From Candidatus Kapaibacterium sp. (lineage in GTDB: Bacteria; Bacteroidota; Ignavibacteria; Kapaibacteriales; UBA2268), in assembly GCA_937995785.1 (NCBI GenBank), contig CALKJQ010000035.1, positions 133 to 64,132 on the forward strand: 64,000 bases of DNA, read 5' to 3'. Below are positions 50,566 through 61,186 of the stretch, in pieces. Under the pieces are notes generated by a model. It had not been told where the DNA came from. It did not search any database and was given only the letters and a program-made list of their open reading frames with translations. Each line of letters begins with the position of its first letter. Positions within the stretch are counted from its first letter, which is position 1. Both the position numbers and the translations under genes were made by a program.

Positions 50566-50993
50566 TACGAATGAATTAGATGGGTGATAACTCCTACAAA
50601 ATCTAACGAATCGAAGAAATCATTATTAATTGGTATAAACTGACCCATTGGTGTTTCCATATATTCTGCACCATCAAAAATTCGATAGCGTCGGATGGCA
50701 AGAGTTTTATTCAACTGAACTAAAATTAATTTACCATCTTGTGGTTGGTTATAGGTATCAATTATCAACATATCGCCATCTTTAATACCCTCAAAGTTTT
50801 TCGCATCGCCCACTACTCGGGCAAAAAAAGTAGAATTTGGATGAGTAATTAAAAGGGTGTTTAAATCCACTTCTTCTTCGATGTCCTCGGATACAGGTGC
50901 GGGAATTCCCGCCGAAACACTCGATGAATAAAGCGGCAACCTAACGTCGCCATAATCGAAATTGGCAATAGAAAATAGTTCTATTCTTTGCAT
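50562..50993 (-). CDS. UmuD-like protein with Ala-Gly site but substituted catalytic residues
   Basis: LPLY...VSAGIPAP...DLN.LL..HP..TFF; GDAK in place of GDSM and AIRR in place of TVKK; GGGGGGA upstream of the ATG. Confidence 0.85.
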   Translation of the reverse strand: MQRIELFSIANFDYGDVRLPLYSSSVSAGIPAPVSEDIEEEVDLNTLLITHPNSTFFARVVGDAKNFEGIKDGDMLIIDTYNQPQDGKLILVQLNKTLAIRRYRIFDGAEYMETPMGQFIPINNDFFDSLDFVGVITHLIHSY

Positions 50994-51071
50994 TTTAATC
51001 CCCCCAGATTTGCAAATTTAAAACTGCAAGTTATGAAAAATTTTGGTAATATCAAAAAAAATTTAATTATT

Positions 51072-51956
51072 TTAATTAAATCGATAAACATATCCTAAAT
51101 TAAATAGGATTTGAAATTTTGAATTGAGGTTATTGTCTCCATATCCAGCTCCAGCTTCCACAAAGAAACCATTCAAATTCATATCTATTAGTGCAGCAAT
51201 ATATTTATAATCTAATTCTAACTTATTCATTATTTTTATTTTCGAAATTCCAGGAGCAAACGAGAAATTAATTTCTAAATTATCTTTTTTTATTATATTT
51301 CTTAATATATTTAATTGAAATCCAATTTCGTCCAACAAAAGAAATAACATTCCGGATGATAATCTTACTCCCCATTTTTCATAATTATATCCAATTAATA
51401 GATTCAATGTGCCGGGAGTTCCAATTGTGGTACCTATAACTGGGTAATTGGTTTTACCAATACTTGTATCATTCGAATCTAATCCAATTTGTGGATTTTG
51501 AATGGGGAATCGATAATACGTTGATTTGCAATCGTCGCAAAAAGCCTTCTTTTGCGAGATAAGTAGTGATTTGGCTATAATATTTTTAAGAGGAATAATT
51601 GATACCCCACTGTTGGTGGACAATGTAATTGACGAGTCATTCTCCGTGAATGCTTTACCCACGAAAGTTCCATCTTTGGTGCGAAGCTCCAAATATAATT
51701 GTTCAATTTCGGATATCGACGATATTGGAATAATGGAAATAATACCATTGTCGAATCTAATATGAACGCTATCTTCCGTTTTCCAAGTAATAATGGCGTA
51801 TTTTATATCTGTTTTGTTAGTAAGTGAAATTCGAACATACCCATCAATTTCGTTTAGTTCATTTTTGATTTTAGAAATTCTCTCTGTTTCGATAGGATTA
51901 CTAAATATGGATAGTGCACTAAACAAAATAATATAAATCAAAATAGTTAGTTTCAT
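51072..51956 (-). CDS. Hypothetical exported/outer-membrane protein
   Basis: Signal peptide from ATG 51956; two small beta domains followed by an amphipathic beta-strand C-terminal region ending GYVYRFN. Confidence 0.6.
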   Translation of the reverse strand: MKLTILIYIILFSALSIFSNPIETERISKIKNELNEIDGYVRISLTNKTDIKYAIITWKTEDSVHIRFDNGIISIIPISSISEIEQLYLELRTKDGTFVGKAFTENDSSITLSTNSGVSIIPLKNIIAKSLLISQKKAFCDDCKSTYYRFPIQNPQIGLDSNDTSIGKTNYPVIGTTIGTPGTLNLLIGYNYEKWGVRLSSGMLFLLLDEIGFQLNILRNIIKKDNLEINFSFAPGISKIKIMNKLELDYKYIAALIDMNLNGFFVEAGAGYGDNNLNSKFQILFNLGYVYRFN

Positions 51957-52004
51957 AATTGTTACCCAAAAATACAAAAATAATATTTTCTTGGGCAAAA
52001 GATT

Positions 52005-54059
52005 TTATTTCCCAACAATAAGTTTTCGGGAGACTAACTTACCATTATCTAAATTAAAACTAACAAAATATACTCCATTACCTAAGTGAGATGTGTTTAT
52101 TTCGAGAATATTATCATCATTTTTCAAGTTCAAAGCTTTGTTGTAAATAATTCTACCATTTATGTCCGAAATTGAAATATTCATAATTATATCGGGCATA
52201 TTCAAATTAATATACGAGGCATTATTCGATGGATTTGGATAAAATTCACTAATGAAACAATCTGATTTGTCGTCATTAACCGACAAAATGGAATATGCAA
52301 ATGAATAATATCCATTGGGTGCAGTCATAGGTTTGGTTATAGTTTTACCATTATTAGATTTTGCTTCAATGTAATATTCAATTGTTGCATTTTGCATTTC
52401 GGGTTTAATATCTGCAGCAAATAAATCACCATTAGTATTTATCATATTCAATTCGTTCCATTCTGTGGAGTTTTTGTATCGCCAAAGCACTTTTGCATCT
52501 GCAATACCTGATTGGTTTTGAATTTTTGCTACTATTTGATATCCAGATTTATATCCAATAAATTCATCAATTGGCGTATGATAAATTCTGATAGGATTAT
52601 TGGCAGGTATTTGCTTGGTAATGCAGTGGATTGCTCCACCAAACCCGTCGAAAGCACGGACGTCGATAGGATATATCTTATAGCCGGGATATTTGGCCGA
52701 GAGCGAATCCAAATCTTTATTTAATTGAACTTTATCCCCCGATAATTCGTTGGCAAAAACGGGCTGTATGATAGCTCTATTAATTATTGTATGGTTGCTA
52801 TAGGAGCGAGTTAATTGTGCATAATCATTATTATTTTTGTACCAAGTGCCATCGTCCTTTTTGGGCAAGGGGATGTATGATGAATTATATTTTTTACCAT
52901 TACTACGCACAATAGAAAGCAATGTATCTATATTCTTTTTTGATATTGAATAATCTGTTAGCGATTTTAATTCTTCGGGAAACTTAGTGAACACAAATCT
53001 ATTTTCGTCCCACATATCAATATATAGATCGACGTGACCAGTGCCACCATCATAGCGTAGTGCCGGCACAACTTTCAAGAAATTTAAATTGAATAAATAT
53101 CTTAAACTATCATCAACCTGATTGGATTTCAAAGCTTTTTTAACGACTTCGTAAACCTCTCCGTCTTCACCAATAAAAATTTGCCCGTAGGTATCGGCAT
53201 TTGCATAATAAACCGCATTGGAAGTTATCATTTTACTCATACCATCAACCAAAACGTTGCCTCCCTCCAATTCAATTGAGCTTGTAAATATGGGGTAATC
53301 ATTTTCCATAGCGATGCGTAATGGTATTTCGTCGTCCAATGGTCTACCGCCGTAGTATTCTAAATCCAGAAAACCTATTTTATCGTCGCTTCCGTAATAA
53401 AATGCAATAGGACCACAATCACGATACCAAAACGAATTACCGGGGTTTACATAGAAACGATAATTTGTTAGCTCGTATCCGCTTCGTTTCAAATAGTTTT
53501 TCAAAATTATCGAATCCTTTCCTTCCCACACATTTATCCAAACTTGCGTTTCCAAGTTGATATAGTATGCCAATTGAGAAAATACCGGTGGATAAGGGCT
53601 AATGTCCAATGTATCTATGAATGAAGTTACGGGACCAAAATAGTACTCTTGTTTTTTTTCGTCGTAATACGTCCCAATACCTTCGAAAACTTGGTCTGTC
53701 ATCTGTCCATTTGTATCCAATGTAATATAGGGCCAAGTTATCAGAACTGCCTGAACTTCTTCGAATTCTGCAGGATAAATTACCTGTTTAGGAAATTCGG
53801 GGAGAAATTGCAATTGATTGTTATTTTTTATCTTCGATTTGATATCAGAACTATTAATTTTTTGGATATTCTGAAAATTCTTTCTCTCGGGAATTCTCCT
53901 GTGTATTTCTTGAATTTTTTTTGTAAAACTCTCGGTATCCATTGTTGATAAATGTTTGGCAAATTTATCAGAGTAATTTTGATTTATTTGGCTTTCCGAC
54001 AATAAATTGAAAGAAAAAACAAGCGAGAAAGCAACGAATGCTGTGAAAAATTTTAACAT
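52005..54059 (-). CDS. Agmatine/peptidylarginine deiminase family protein with T9SS-type C-terminal domain
   Basis: Signal peptide; PAEFE, WYRDCGP, EGGN, GHVD, GGAIHCITKQ (catalytic Cys); C-terminal YPNP...DINGR...GVYFV...KLIV. Confidence 0.85.
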   Translation of the reverse strand: MLKFFTAFVAFSLVFSFNLLSESQINQNYSDKFAKHLSTMDTESFTKKIQEIHRRIPERKNFQNIQKINSSDIKSKIKNNNQLQFLPEFPKQVIYPAEFEEVQAVLITWPYITLDTNGQMTDQVFEGIGTYYDEKKQEYYFGPVTSFIDTLDISPYPPVFSQLAYYINLETQVWINVWEGKDSIILKNYLKRSGYELTNYRFYVNPGNSFWYRDCGPIAFYYGSDDKIGFLDLEYYGGRPLDDEIPLRIAMENDYPIFTSSIELEGGNVLVDGMSKMITSNAVYYANADTYGQIFIGEDGEVYEVVKKALKSNQVDDSLRYLFNLNFLKVVPALRYDGGTGHVDLYIDMWDENRFVFTKFPEELKSLTDYSISKKNIDTLLSIVRSNGKKYNSSYIPLPKKDDGTWYKNNNDYAQLTRSYSNHTIINRAIIQPVFANELSGDKVQLNKDLDSLSAKYPGYKIYPIDVRAFDGFGGAIHCITKQIPANNPIRIYHTPIDEFIGYKSGYQIVAKIQNQSGIADAKVLWRYKNSTEWNELNMINTNGDLFAADIKPEMQNATIEYYIEAKSNNGKTITKPMTAPNGYYSFAYSILSVNDDKSDCFISEFYPNPSNNASYINLNMPDIIMNISISDINGRIIYNKALNLKNDDNILEINTSHLGNGVYFVSFNLDNGKLVSRKLIVGK

Positions 54060-54330
54060 AAATATTACTAACTTGATTTTTAAATGTTTCTTAGACGCTT
54101 AATTTTCGAAAAAAGTTACATTTAAGATTAACTTTTTATGAAATGATTGTACAATAAAGGAAACCCACATTTTAATATTCAACAAAAATTATTAAGATTA
54201 TATGAATAATAATTCAAAGAAATTCTTAATTTTGTTCTTTAAATATTGATTACACATTAAATTTTTTTAAAGCAAACTAAAAAGTTTAAACAGACAAACA
54301 AATAGTTTAAAAAAATATTTTGGAGTTTAA

Positions 54331-56538
54331 ATGTTAACTTACTTGATAATTATTCCAATTCTCGGATTAATTGCTCTGTTATTCACCTACCTAAGAAGCT
54401 CTTGGGTTTCGAGCCAAGATGCTGGCACCGACAAAATGAAAAACATTGCGTCATATATCAACAAAGGTGCTATGGCATTCTTGAAAGCAGAATACCAGGT
54501 GATTGCAATTTTTGTAGTAATTGTTGCGATTCTGCTTATGATACAAGGTTCGACCGCTACAGATTCCTCGTTTTTGGTTGGTATCTCGTTCCTTGTGGGT
54601 GCGTTATGTTCGGGTTTGGCTGGTTTTATAGGTATGCGTGTAGCAACCAAAGCAAACGTCCGTACCACTGCAGCAGCACGAACCAGTTTAAATCAGGCTC
54701 TGATGGTTGCTTTCAATGGTGGTTCGGTGATGGGTATGGGAGTTGTTGGACTGGGAGTATTTGGAATTGGTTTGCTTTTTTTAATCTATGCCTCAATGTT
54801 TGGATTAATTGATAATCCAACCGATGAGCATATTGTGAGCAAGGTAATTACAGTAATCACAGGATTCTCTTTTGGTGCTTCATCGATAGCATTGTTCGCA
54901 CGTGTGGGAGGTGGAATATATACCAAAGCAGCCGATGTTGGTGCCGACTTAGTTGGCAAAGTAGAAGCCGGCATACCCGAGGATCACCCTTTAAATCCCG
55001 CAACAATTGCCGATAACGTTGGCGATAATGTGGGCGATGTGGCTGGTATGGGCGCCGATTTATTTGAATCATTTGTTGGTTCCATCATATCCACAATGGT
55101 TTTGGGTGCGGCATTTCTTGCAATTCCCGAATTTGCCTCTACTCCATTTGGTGGTCTTTCGGCTATTATATTGCCATTATTGCTTGCGGGTGCGGGTATT
55201 ATTTTCTCCATAATTGGAACATTTTTTGTTCGCGTCAAAGAAGGTGGCAATCCACAATCAGCCTTAAATGTGGGTACTTTCATTGCCGCTTTGTTGATGT
55301 TAATTGCTTCGTATTTTATAATTGATTGGACGCTACCCAAGGAATGGATATTTGCCGATCCACTTTATTCAACAACCTTCACAATTCATTCATGGGGGAT
55401 ATTCCTTGCTACTGTATTTGGTCTGTTGGCAGGTGTGCTAATTGGTTTAATTACTGAATTCTACACAGGTTTTGGCAAACCACCAGTCCGCAAAATTGCA
55501 GAACAATCAGTAACGGGTGCGGCAACCAATATTATCGCTGGTTTAAGCACGGGAATGATGTCCACAGCAATCCCAATCATTTTGATTGCATTTTCGATAA
55601 TTGGAGCATTTTATTTTGCTGGCTTGTATGGTATTGCTATTGCAGCAGTAGGTATGTTGGCAACAACAGGTATTCAATTAGCTGTGGATGCCTATGGTCC
55701 TATTTCCGATAATGCAGGTGGAATAGCCGAAATGAGTGAATTGCCCAAAGAAGTCCGCGAAAGAACAGATAAATTGGATGCAGTTGGCAATTCCACAGCC
55801 GCAATTGGCAAGGGTTTTGCAATAGCCTCGGCTGCATTAACTGCATTAGCATTATTTGGTGCTTATATGACTGCCGCACATGTTCCATCCATTGATATAT
55901 CCAAAGCAAATGTAATTGCGGGATTGTTTATCGGTGCTTTATTGCCGTTTGTATTTTCATCTCTATCGATGAGTGCAGTTGGTCGTGCTGCAAAAAGTAT
56001 GATTGAAGAAGTTCGCCGACAATTTAATACTATTCCCGAGCTTAGAAATTCATTGAACTTAATGAAGAAAAACGAAGGCAAAGACCTACATCAATGGAGC
56101 AAAGAGGACATCGAGGAATTCCACAAAGCCGAAGGCAAAGCTGAATACGAAAAATGCGTGGATATTTCCACCAAATCAGCAATCCGCGAGATGGTTATCC
56201 CCGGATTACTTGCCGTTATCACCCCCGTTATTATTGGTTTCTTGCCTATATTTGGTAAGGAAGCATTGGGAGGTATGTTGGCGGGAGTAACCGCTTCGGG
56301 TGTGTTGATGGCAATTTTCCAAGCAAATGCCGGTGGTGCTTGGGATAATGCAAAGAAAATGATCGAAGCTGGAATAACAATCGATGGACAAACATATTAC
56401 AAAAAGTCCGATCCACACAAAGCAGCCGTTGTTGGCGACACAGTGGGCGACCCATTCAAAGATACATCGGGTCCATCTATTAATATTCTAATTAAATTAA
56501 TGTCGATTGTTTCTTTAATACTAGCTCCATTATTATAA
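54331..56538 (+). CDS. hppA: Membrane-bound cation-translocating pyrophosphatase, K+-dependent type
   Basis: [51 protein letters not shown] (Ala at the K+-dependence position), [14 protein letters not shown]. Confidence 0.96.
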   Translation: MLTYLIIIPILGLIALLFTYLRSSWVSSQDAGTDKMKNIASYINKGAMAFLKAEYQVIAIFVVIVAILLMIQGSTATDSSFLVGISFLVGALCSGLAGFIGMRVATKANVRTTAAARTSLNQALMVAFNGGSVMGMGVVGLGVFGIGLLFLIYASMFGLIDNPTDEHIVSKVITVITGFSFGASSIALFARVGGGIYTKAADVGADLVGKVEAGIPEDHPLNPATIADNVGDNVGDVAGMGADLFESFVGSIISTMVLGAAFLAIPEFASTPFGGLSAIILPLLLAGAGIIFSIIGTFFVRVKEGGNPQSALNVGTFIAALLMLIASYFIIDWTLPKEWIFADPLYSTTFTIHSWGIFLATVFGLLAGVLIGLITEFYTGFGKPPVRKIAEQSVTGAATNIIAGLSTGMMSTAIPIILIAFSIIGAFYFAGLYGIAIAAVGMLATTGIQLAVDAYGPISDNAGGIAEMSELPKEVRERTDKLDAVGNSTAAIGKGFAIASAALTALALFGAYMTAAHVPSIDISKANVIAGLFIGALLPFVFSSLSMSAVGRAAKSMIEEVRRQFNTIPELRNSLNLMKKNEGKDLHQWSKEDIEEFHKAEGKAEYEKCVDISTKSAIREMVIPGLLAVITPVIIGFLPIFGKEALGGMLAGVTASGVLMAIFQANAGGAWDNAKKMIEAGITIDGQTYYKKSDPHKAAVVGDTVGDPFKDTSGPSINILIKLMSIVSLILAPLL

Positions 56539-56571
56539 TATATTATTGTAGAATATTAAAATTTAAACACA

Positions 56572-56602
56572 AAAATAGCCTCTATCAAAAAGAGGCTATT
56601 TT
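56572..56602. terminator. Bidirectional intrinsic terminator
   Basis: AAAATAGCCTCT-atcaaaa-AGAGGCTATTTT between convergent hppA and ftsZ. Confidence 0.85.
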
Positions 56603-56650
56603 ATTTTGATACAAATTTTGCGTTTGGAATAAGAGTTTTTATTTAATTAG

Positions 56651-58015
56651 TTAAATCAAACTTCGGTGTGGTTGCAAATGACTTAATTGAAATATGTCAA
56701 CCCCTTTAACTTTATTATCCAACGAAACTTCGTTTTGGTCATCGTAATACGATGATGTCGCTTTAGGGGTTGCAGTTAAGGAATTTCGGATAGGAGTATC
56801 GGGAAAATTAGCAATTCGAGTTACCGTAGGTGTGTCATACATTTTTAATTCTTCACCTTTAGGAATAGTTAAAGGTTTCTCCATTTCAATTCTTAATCCT
56901 TCGGGTTGCTTTGGAAAAGGACGGGTTTGCACTTGAGGGCGCGAATTAAAGTTTATTCCCGCCTGACCCGCTCTAAGAGGTTTTTCGTTAGCAAATATAT
57001 GCTCGATTTCGGGAGTAGTAACCCTATTATCTTTGGATTTTCTCAAAAAGCCCGTAGCAATAACGGTAACACTAACCTCGTCGGTTTCGTCTTGTGCCTC
57101 GACAATACCCTGTATAAGGTGAACGTTAAATCCCGTATACTCTTGGATAGTGTTCGAAATAGTTTGCATTTCACTCATCGTAAATCCTTTGCCATAGGTG
57201 ATATTTACAAGCAAACCTTTTGCTCCTTCAATTGATATACCATCGAGCAATGGTGAATTTATAGCTTGCAAAGCCGCCTCTTTGGCTCGGGCTTCTCCGG
57301 TTGCACGTCCAATACCAATTAAGGCTTCGCCCGCATCTTTCATTATTGTTCTAACGTCTGCAAAGTCCACATTAATCATACCGGGCAAGTTAATAATATC
57401 CGAAATCCCTCGTGTAGAATTAAAGAGAACTTCATCAATTTTTTTGAAAGCAACTTTTATATCTATATCTTGCGAATAAATATCAAAAATCTTTTGATTT
57501 GGAATAACGATAATAGCGTCGACATTTTTTCTCATTTCTTCGATACCTTTCAAAGCTTGATCGATACGAGTATGGGCTTCGAAATCGAATGGACGAGTAA
57601 CAATACCCAATACCAATGCACCTACTTCTTTTGCAATCCGAGCTACAACCGGAGCTGCACCGGTGCCGGTGCCACCTCCCATACCGCAAGTAACTATGAT
57701 AAGTTCGCTATCTTTTAGTGCATTTTTGATTTCTTGTTCGCTTTCTTTGGCAGCATCTTTGCCAACATCGGGATTGCTGCCAGCGCCCAATCCACGAGTT
57801 AAACTTGGTCCTAATTGAATAATATTCTGGACAGACATTGTTGCCAATGCTTGTGCGTCGGTGTTGGCTGCAATAAGTTCGACGCCTTGTATCTTGCCTT
57901 CAGCCATTCGTTGGATAGCGTTGCATCCGCCACCGCCAACCCCAATGACTTTTATCTTTGCTTTGAGTAGTTGTGATTGATCCAAATCAATTGTTAATTT
58001 GTCATTAATAGACAT
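56651..58015 (-). CDS. ftsZ: Cell division protein FtsZ
   Basis: IGVGGGGCNA, NTDAQAL, GMGGGTGTG, INVDFADV, VTVIATG. Confidence 0.98.
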   Translation of the reverse strand: MSINDKLTIDLDQSQLLKAKIKVIGVGGGGCNAIQRMAEGKIQGVELIAANTDAQALATMSVQNIIQLGPSLTRGLGAGSNPDVGKDAAKESEQEIKNALKDSELIIVTCGMGGGTGTGAAPVVARIAKEVGALVLGIVTRPFDFEAHTRIDQALKGIEEMRKNVDAIIVIPNQKIFDIYSQDIDIKVAFKKIDEVLFNSTRGISDIINLPGMINVDFADVRTIMKDAGEALIGIGRATGEARAKEAALQAINSPLLDGISIEGAKGLLVNITYGKGFTMSEMQTISNTIQEYTGFNVHLIQGIVEAQDETDEVSVTVIATGFLRKSKDNRVTTPEIEHIFANEKPLRAGQAGINFNSRPQVQTRPFPKQPEGLRIEMEKPLTIPKGEELKMYDTPTVTRIANFPDTPIRNSLTATPKATSSYYDDQNEVSLDNKVKGVDIFQLSHLQPHRSLI

Positions 58016-58050
58016 ATTTATCCCCCATTTTTTTTCTTTTCTTTTACTTT

Positions 58051-59460
58051 TCAGAATTTATCAAAAATATTCTTGATAAACTCGGTAATTTTTGTTTTTT
58101 TAGAGTCCAAATCGATTACTTCGTTATCGTCCTCTATTGATTCTTCATTTTTCTTTTCTTCTTCTTTATTGGTATTTTTAGTTTTACTATGCTTGTCTTC
58201 TTTATCTATTTTTTCCGTTTTAAATTCTTTTTCAATTTCTTTCTCTAATTGTTCAAATTTTGGTTTTGGTGGTTCAATTTCTGTTAGTGCTGCTTTGTGA
58301 TATTTGTTAAAACCAAAAAATGCCAAGCCCACTGCGGTTGAAAATATCGGATTTATTACTTCGGGAGTTAATCCTAATGAGGAAACCGTGGTTGGCAATC
58401 CTAACCTAACGGGCAACCCAAAAATATGCTGTGCTAAATCTTCAATTCCGGGCAATAAACTTGTGCCACCAGTAAGAACGATACCAGATTTTAATAAATT
58501 TTTGTAGCCGGATTGTTCTAATGCAAGATTGGCAAAAAGCAAAATTTCGGTAACACGAGCCCCCAATATTTTTGTTAAATACTTTCTATCAATAACAACG
58601 GGTGCATTTCCGCCGGGCACTTGCACCTGAAGCTCCTCGTTCTTGTGTAATGTTTCGAGGTAACAATGCCCGTAATCCTTCTTGAGTCTTTCGGCATTAT
58701 TTTTAACTACTCCAAGCACTCGCCGAATATCTTGCGTTAATTGATTCCCACCAAATGCGATTATTTCGGAAAATCTGAATGCATTCTCGTAAAAAACTGA
58801 TATTTCAGTTGTCCCCGCACCAATATCTATCAAAGCTACACCAACCTCTTTCTCGTCTTCTTCCAAAATAGCCAATGAACTTGCATAAGGAGCAAGAACA
58901 ATATCCGCAATTTCGAGTCCGGCACGTTCGACACACCTATTTATATTTTCGATAGCAGAAATTGGGGCAGTTACAACATGGATTTTGGCTTCCATTCTCA
59001 CCCCACTCATTCCTATTGGGTCGGCAACAGTGTTCATCCCATTTATAGTGAAATCTTGGGGAAATAAGTGGATAATGCGGCGATCGGGTTGTATTTGCAT
59101 TGTTCGTGCTTCGTTAATCAATCGATCCACATCTTCTTGTCGAATTTCTTTGTAAGCATTGGAGATACTAACCACATGGCTACTCATTTCCGATTTTATA
59201 TAATCGCCCGAAATTCCAACAATTACCTTGTTGGTTTTTAAATTGCTTTGTTGCATTGCTTTTTGCATAGCAACCGTGATTGCATTGGCTGTTTTATCAA
59301 TATTAGTGATAATGCCCCTTTGCAAACCTTCACTTTCTGCTACTCCCAATCCAACAACTTCAATTTTGGTACTTGTTGGTTCCATTGTCGAAATCAAGGC
59401 GCACACTTTTGAAGTTCCTATGTCGAGTGCTATGTTGAATTTTGGTCTATCTGAATTCAA
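58051..59460 (-). CDS. ftsA: Cell division protein FtsA
   Basis: LDIGTSKV, PIGMSGVR, IDIGAGTT, AERLK..YG, VLTGG; start set at TTG 59460, which follows AAGGAG. Confidence 0.95.
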   Translation of the reverse strand: MNSDRPKFNIALDIGTSKVCALISTMEPTSTKIEVVGLGVAESEGLQRGIITNIDKTANAITVAMQKAMQQSNLKTNKVIVGISGDYIKSEMSSHVVSISNAYKEIRQEDVDRLINEARTMQIQPDRRIIHLFPQDFTINGMNTVADPIGMSGVRMEAKIHVVTAPISAIENINRCVERAGLEIADIVLAPYASSLAILEEDEKEVGVALIDIGAGTTEISVFYENAFRFSEIIAFGGNQLTQDIRRVLGVVKNNAERLKKDYGHCYLETLHKNEELQVQVPGGNAPVVIDRKYLTKILGARVTEILLFANLALEQSGYKNLLKSGIVLTGGTSLLPGIEDLAQHIFGLPVRLGLPTTVSSLGLTPEVINPIFSTAVGLAFFGFNKYHKAALTEIEPPKPKFEQLEKEIEKEFKTEKIDKEDKHSKTKNTNKEEEKKNEESIEDDNEVIDLDSKKTKITEFIKNIFDKF

Positions 59461-59474
59461 AATTATCTCCTTAT

Positions 59475-60233
59475 CTAATTCACTACTACTTGATTCGACC
59501 AACGAAGATCGATATAATTTGGATACAATTCATTTGCTTTCATTAATGCATTCATATAAACTTGAAACTTATGGAATTTGAAGTTTAAATCATTTAAACT
59601 CCCAACTTTGACGATTATCCCATTCAAAACAGAAAAACAAATTCCTTCGGAACTTTTCCAAATTGCCGTTGCTTTAATTTTTTCGGATTTATCAATGTAA
59701 TAAGTTTTCAGAAAAATTGCTATTTCTTTGATTTCGTGTTCGAAATTAATTTTAGAAATTTTAGTTAAATCAACTTTTGGAAGTGCGAAACCTAATGAGT
59801 AATTCTGTCTCGGTACAACCTCGCCATCTTCGGTTATATAGAATTGGTCGTTGTTTTCGGATTTTCCTATTGCTAATATGTTTTTCACATCCAGCGAAAT
59901 CACAATTTCGCCAGGATAAGTAGTGATAAAATTAACTTTGCGAATAAATTCGTTTTGTAGAATTAATTCTTCGATAAATTTAAAATTAATTGAAGATAAC
60001 TTGTTGGCTAAAATATAACGATAGACACGGTTTTGGATTTCGGTTTTAGGAATATACTTGTTACCAACAATTTTTATTTCCTTGATTTCGAGATTATTTT
60101 GCCAGTAATTTGTATAAACAATAATCCCCGAAAGTATGATTATACCTATAATTGTAAATAATAAAGTAGTGAACCTGCGATTATTACTACTTTTCGACGT
60201 AATTATATTCTCATCTATATTATTTTGCTGCAT
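59475..60233 (-). CDS. ftsQ: Cell division protein FtsQ/DivIB
   Basis: Single TM, POTRA-like I.I.GN, C-terminal YIDLRW..QVV; upstream of ftsA. Confidence 0.85.
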   Translation of the reverse strand: MQQNNIDENIITSKSSNNRRFTTLLFTIIGIIILSGIIVYTNYWQNNLEIKEIKIVGNKYIPKTEIQNRVYRYILANKLSSINFKFIEELILQNEFIRKVNFITTYPGEIVISLDVKNILAIGKSENNDQFYITEDGEVVPRQNYSLGFALPKVDLTKISKINFEHEIKEIAIFLKTYYIDKSEKIKATAIWKSSEGICFSVLNGIIVKVGSLNDLNFKFHKFQVYMNALMKANELYPNYIDLRWSNQVVVN

Positions 60234-60415
60234 AAAATAAAATATTTTAGAATTAATCTAATTATAATCCCCCAAAAACTTTACTATTGCTATATTCTAC
60301 GGAAATTGTGTTATTAAGGATTTTTGCTATGTTTTATGTAATTTAACCCCCCGCTAAACTACAATTTAATACAAAGAAATCAATCTAGCAAATATTTTGA
60401 AAAATTATTCAAATA

Positions 60416-61186
60416 TTAACTTTTTTTCGATACGATGGTTGCAGTTGCTTGGGCAGTTGGGGTTACAAATATTTCTTGTATCTGCACATGCATCGGTCTT
60501 GTTGCGGCAAATACAGCAATTTCGGCAATATCATCACCCGTAAGAGGCTGATAGCCTTTGTAAACCATACTTGCTCGTTCTTTATCGCCATGGAAACGAA
60601 TTTCCGAAAATTCTGTTTCCACTAATCCCGGATCGATATTGGTAACTCTCACATTTGTTCCGTTCAAATCGATTATCATACCTTTGGATACAGCCCGAAC
60701 GAACGATTTGGTGCCACAATACACATTGCCTGCGGGATAGACTTCGTGCCCAGCTAAACTTCCGATATTAATCACAAAACCTTCGTTTCGGGCAACCATA
60801 TCGGGCAGAATAAGCCGCGAACAATACAGTAAGCCTTTAATGTTTGTATCAATCATTTCTTCCCAATCAGCTAAATCGGCTTCGTAAATTTTACTCAACC
60901 CTAATGCTTTACCCGCATTGTTAATTAGTATGTCAATTTTTTTCCATTCCTCGGGAAGATTATCGATAAAATCTTTGATTTCTTGGAAATTCCGCACATC
61001 TACTGTTGATGTGTGAACTTTGACGGAGTGTTTTTTTCGTATATCATCGGCAACTTGATTCAATTTATCGCGGCGGCGTGCTAATAAAATTAAATTCGAG
61101 CCTTGCTCTGCAAATTTTAGTGCACAGGATAAACCAATCCCCGCTGATGCACCGGTAATAAAAGTTGTTTTGTTTAATAATTTCAT
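60416..61186 (-). CDS. NADP-dependent short-chain dehydrogenase (YdfG-like)
   Basis: TGASAGIG, LINNAG.ALG, YCGTK, IDPGLVETEFS..RF.GD. Confidence 0.88.
   Translation of the reverse strand: MKLLNKTTFITGASAGIGLSCALKFAEQGSNLILLARRRDKLNQVADDIRKKHSVKVHTSTVDVRNFQEIKDFIDNLPEEWKKIDILINNAGKALGLSKIYEADLADWEEMIDTNIKGLLYCSRLILPDMVARNEGFVINIGSLAGHEVYPAGNVYCGTKSFVRAVSKGMIIDLNGTNVRVTNIDPGLVETEFSEIRFHGDKERASMVYKGYQPLTGDDIAEIAVFAATRPMHVQIQEIFVTPTAQATATIVSKKS

Noticed and set aside
54387..56455. Many overlapping alternative-frame and antisense ORFs in hppA (similarly in secA, cheA, ftsZ, hslU)
   Set aside because: Expected by-products of codon bias in conserved genes; no SD or recognisable motifs.
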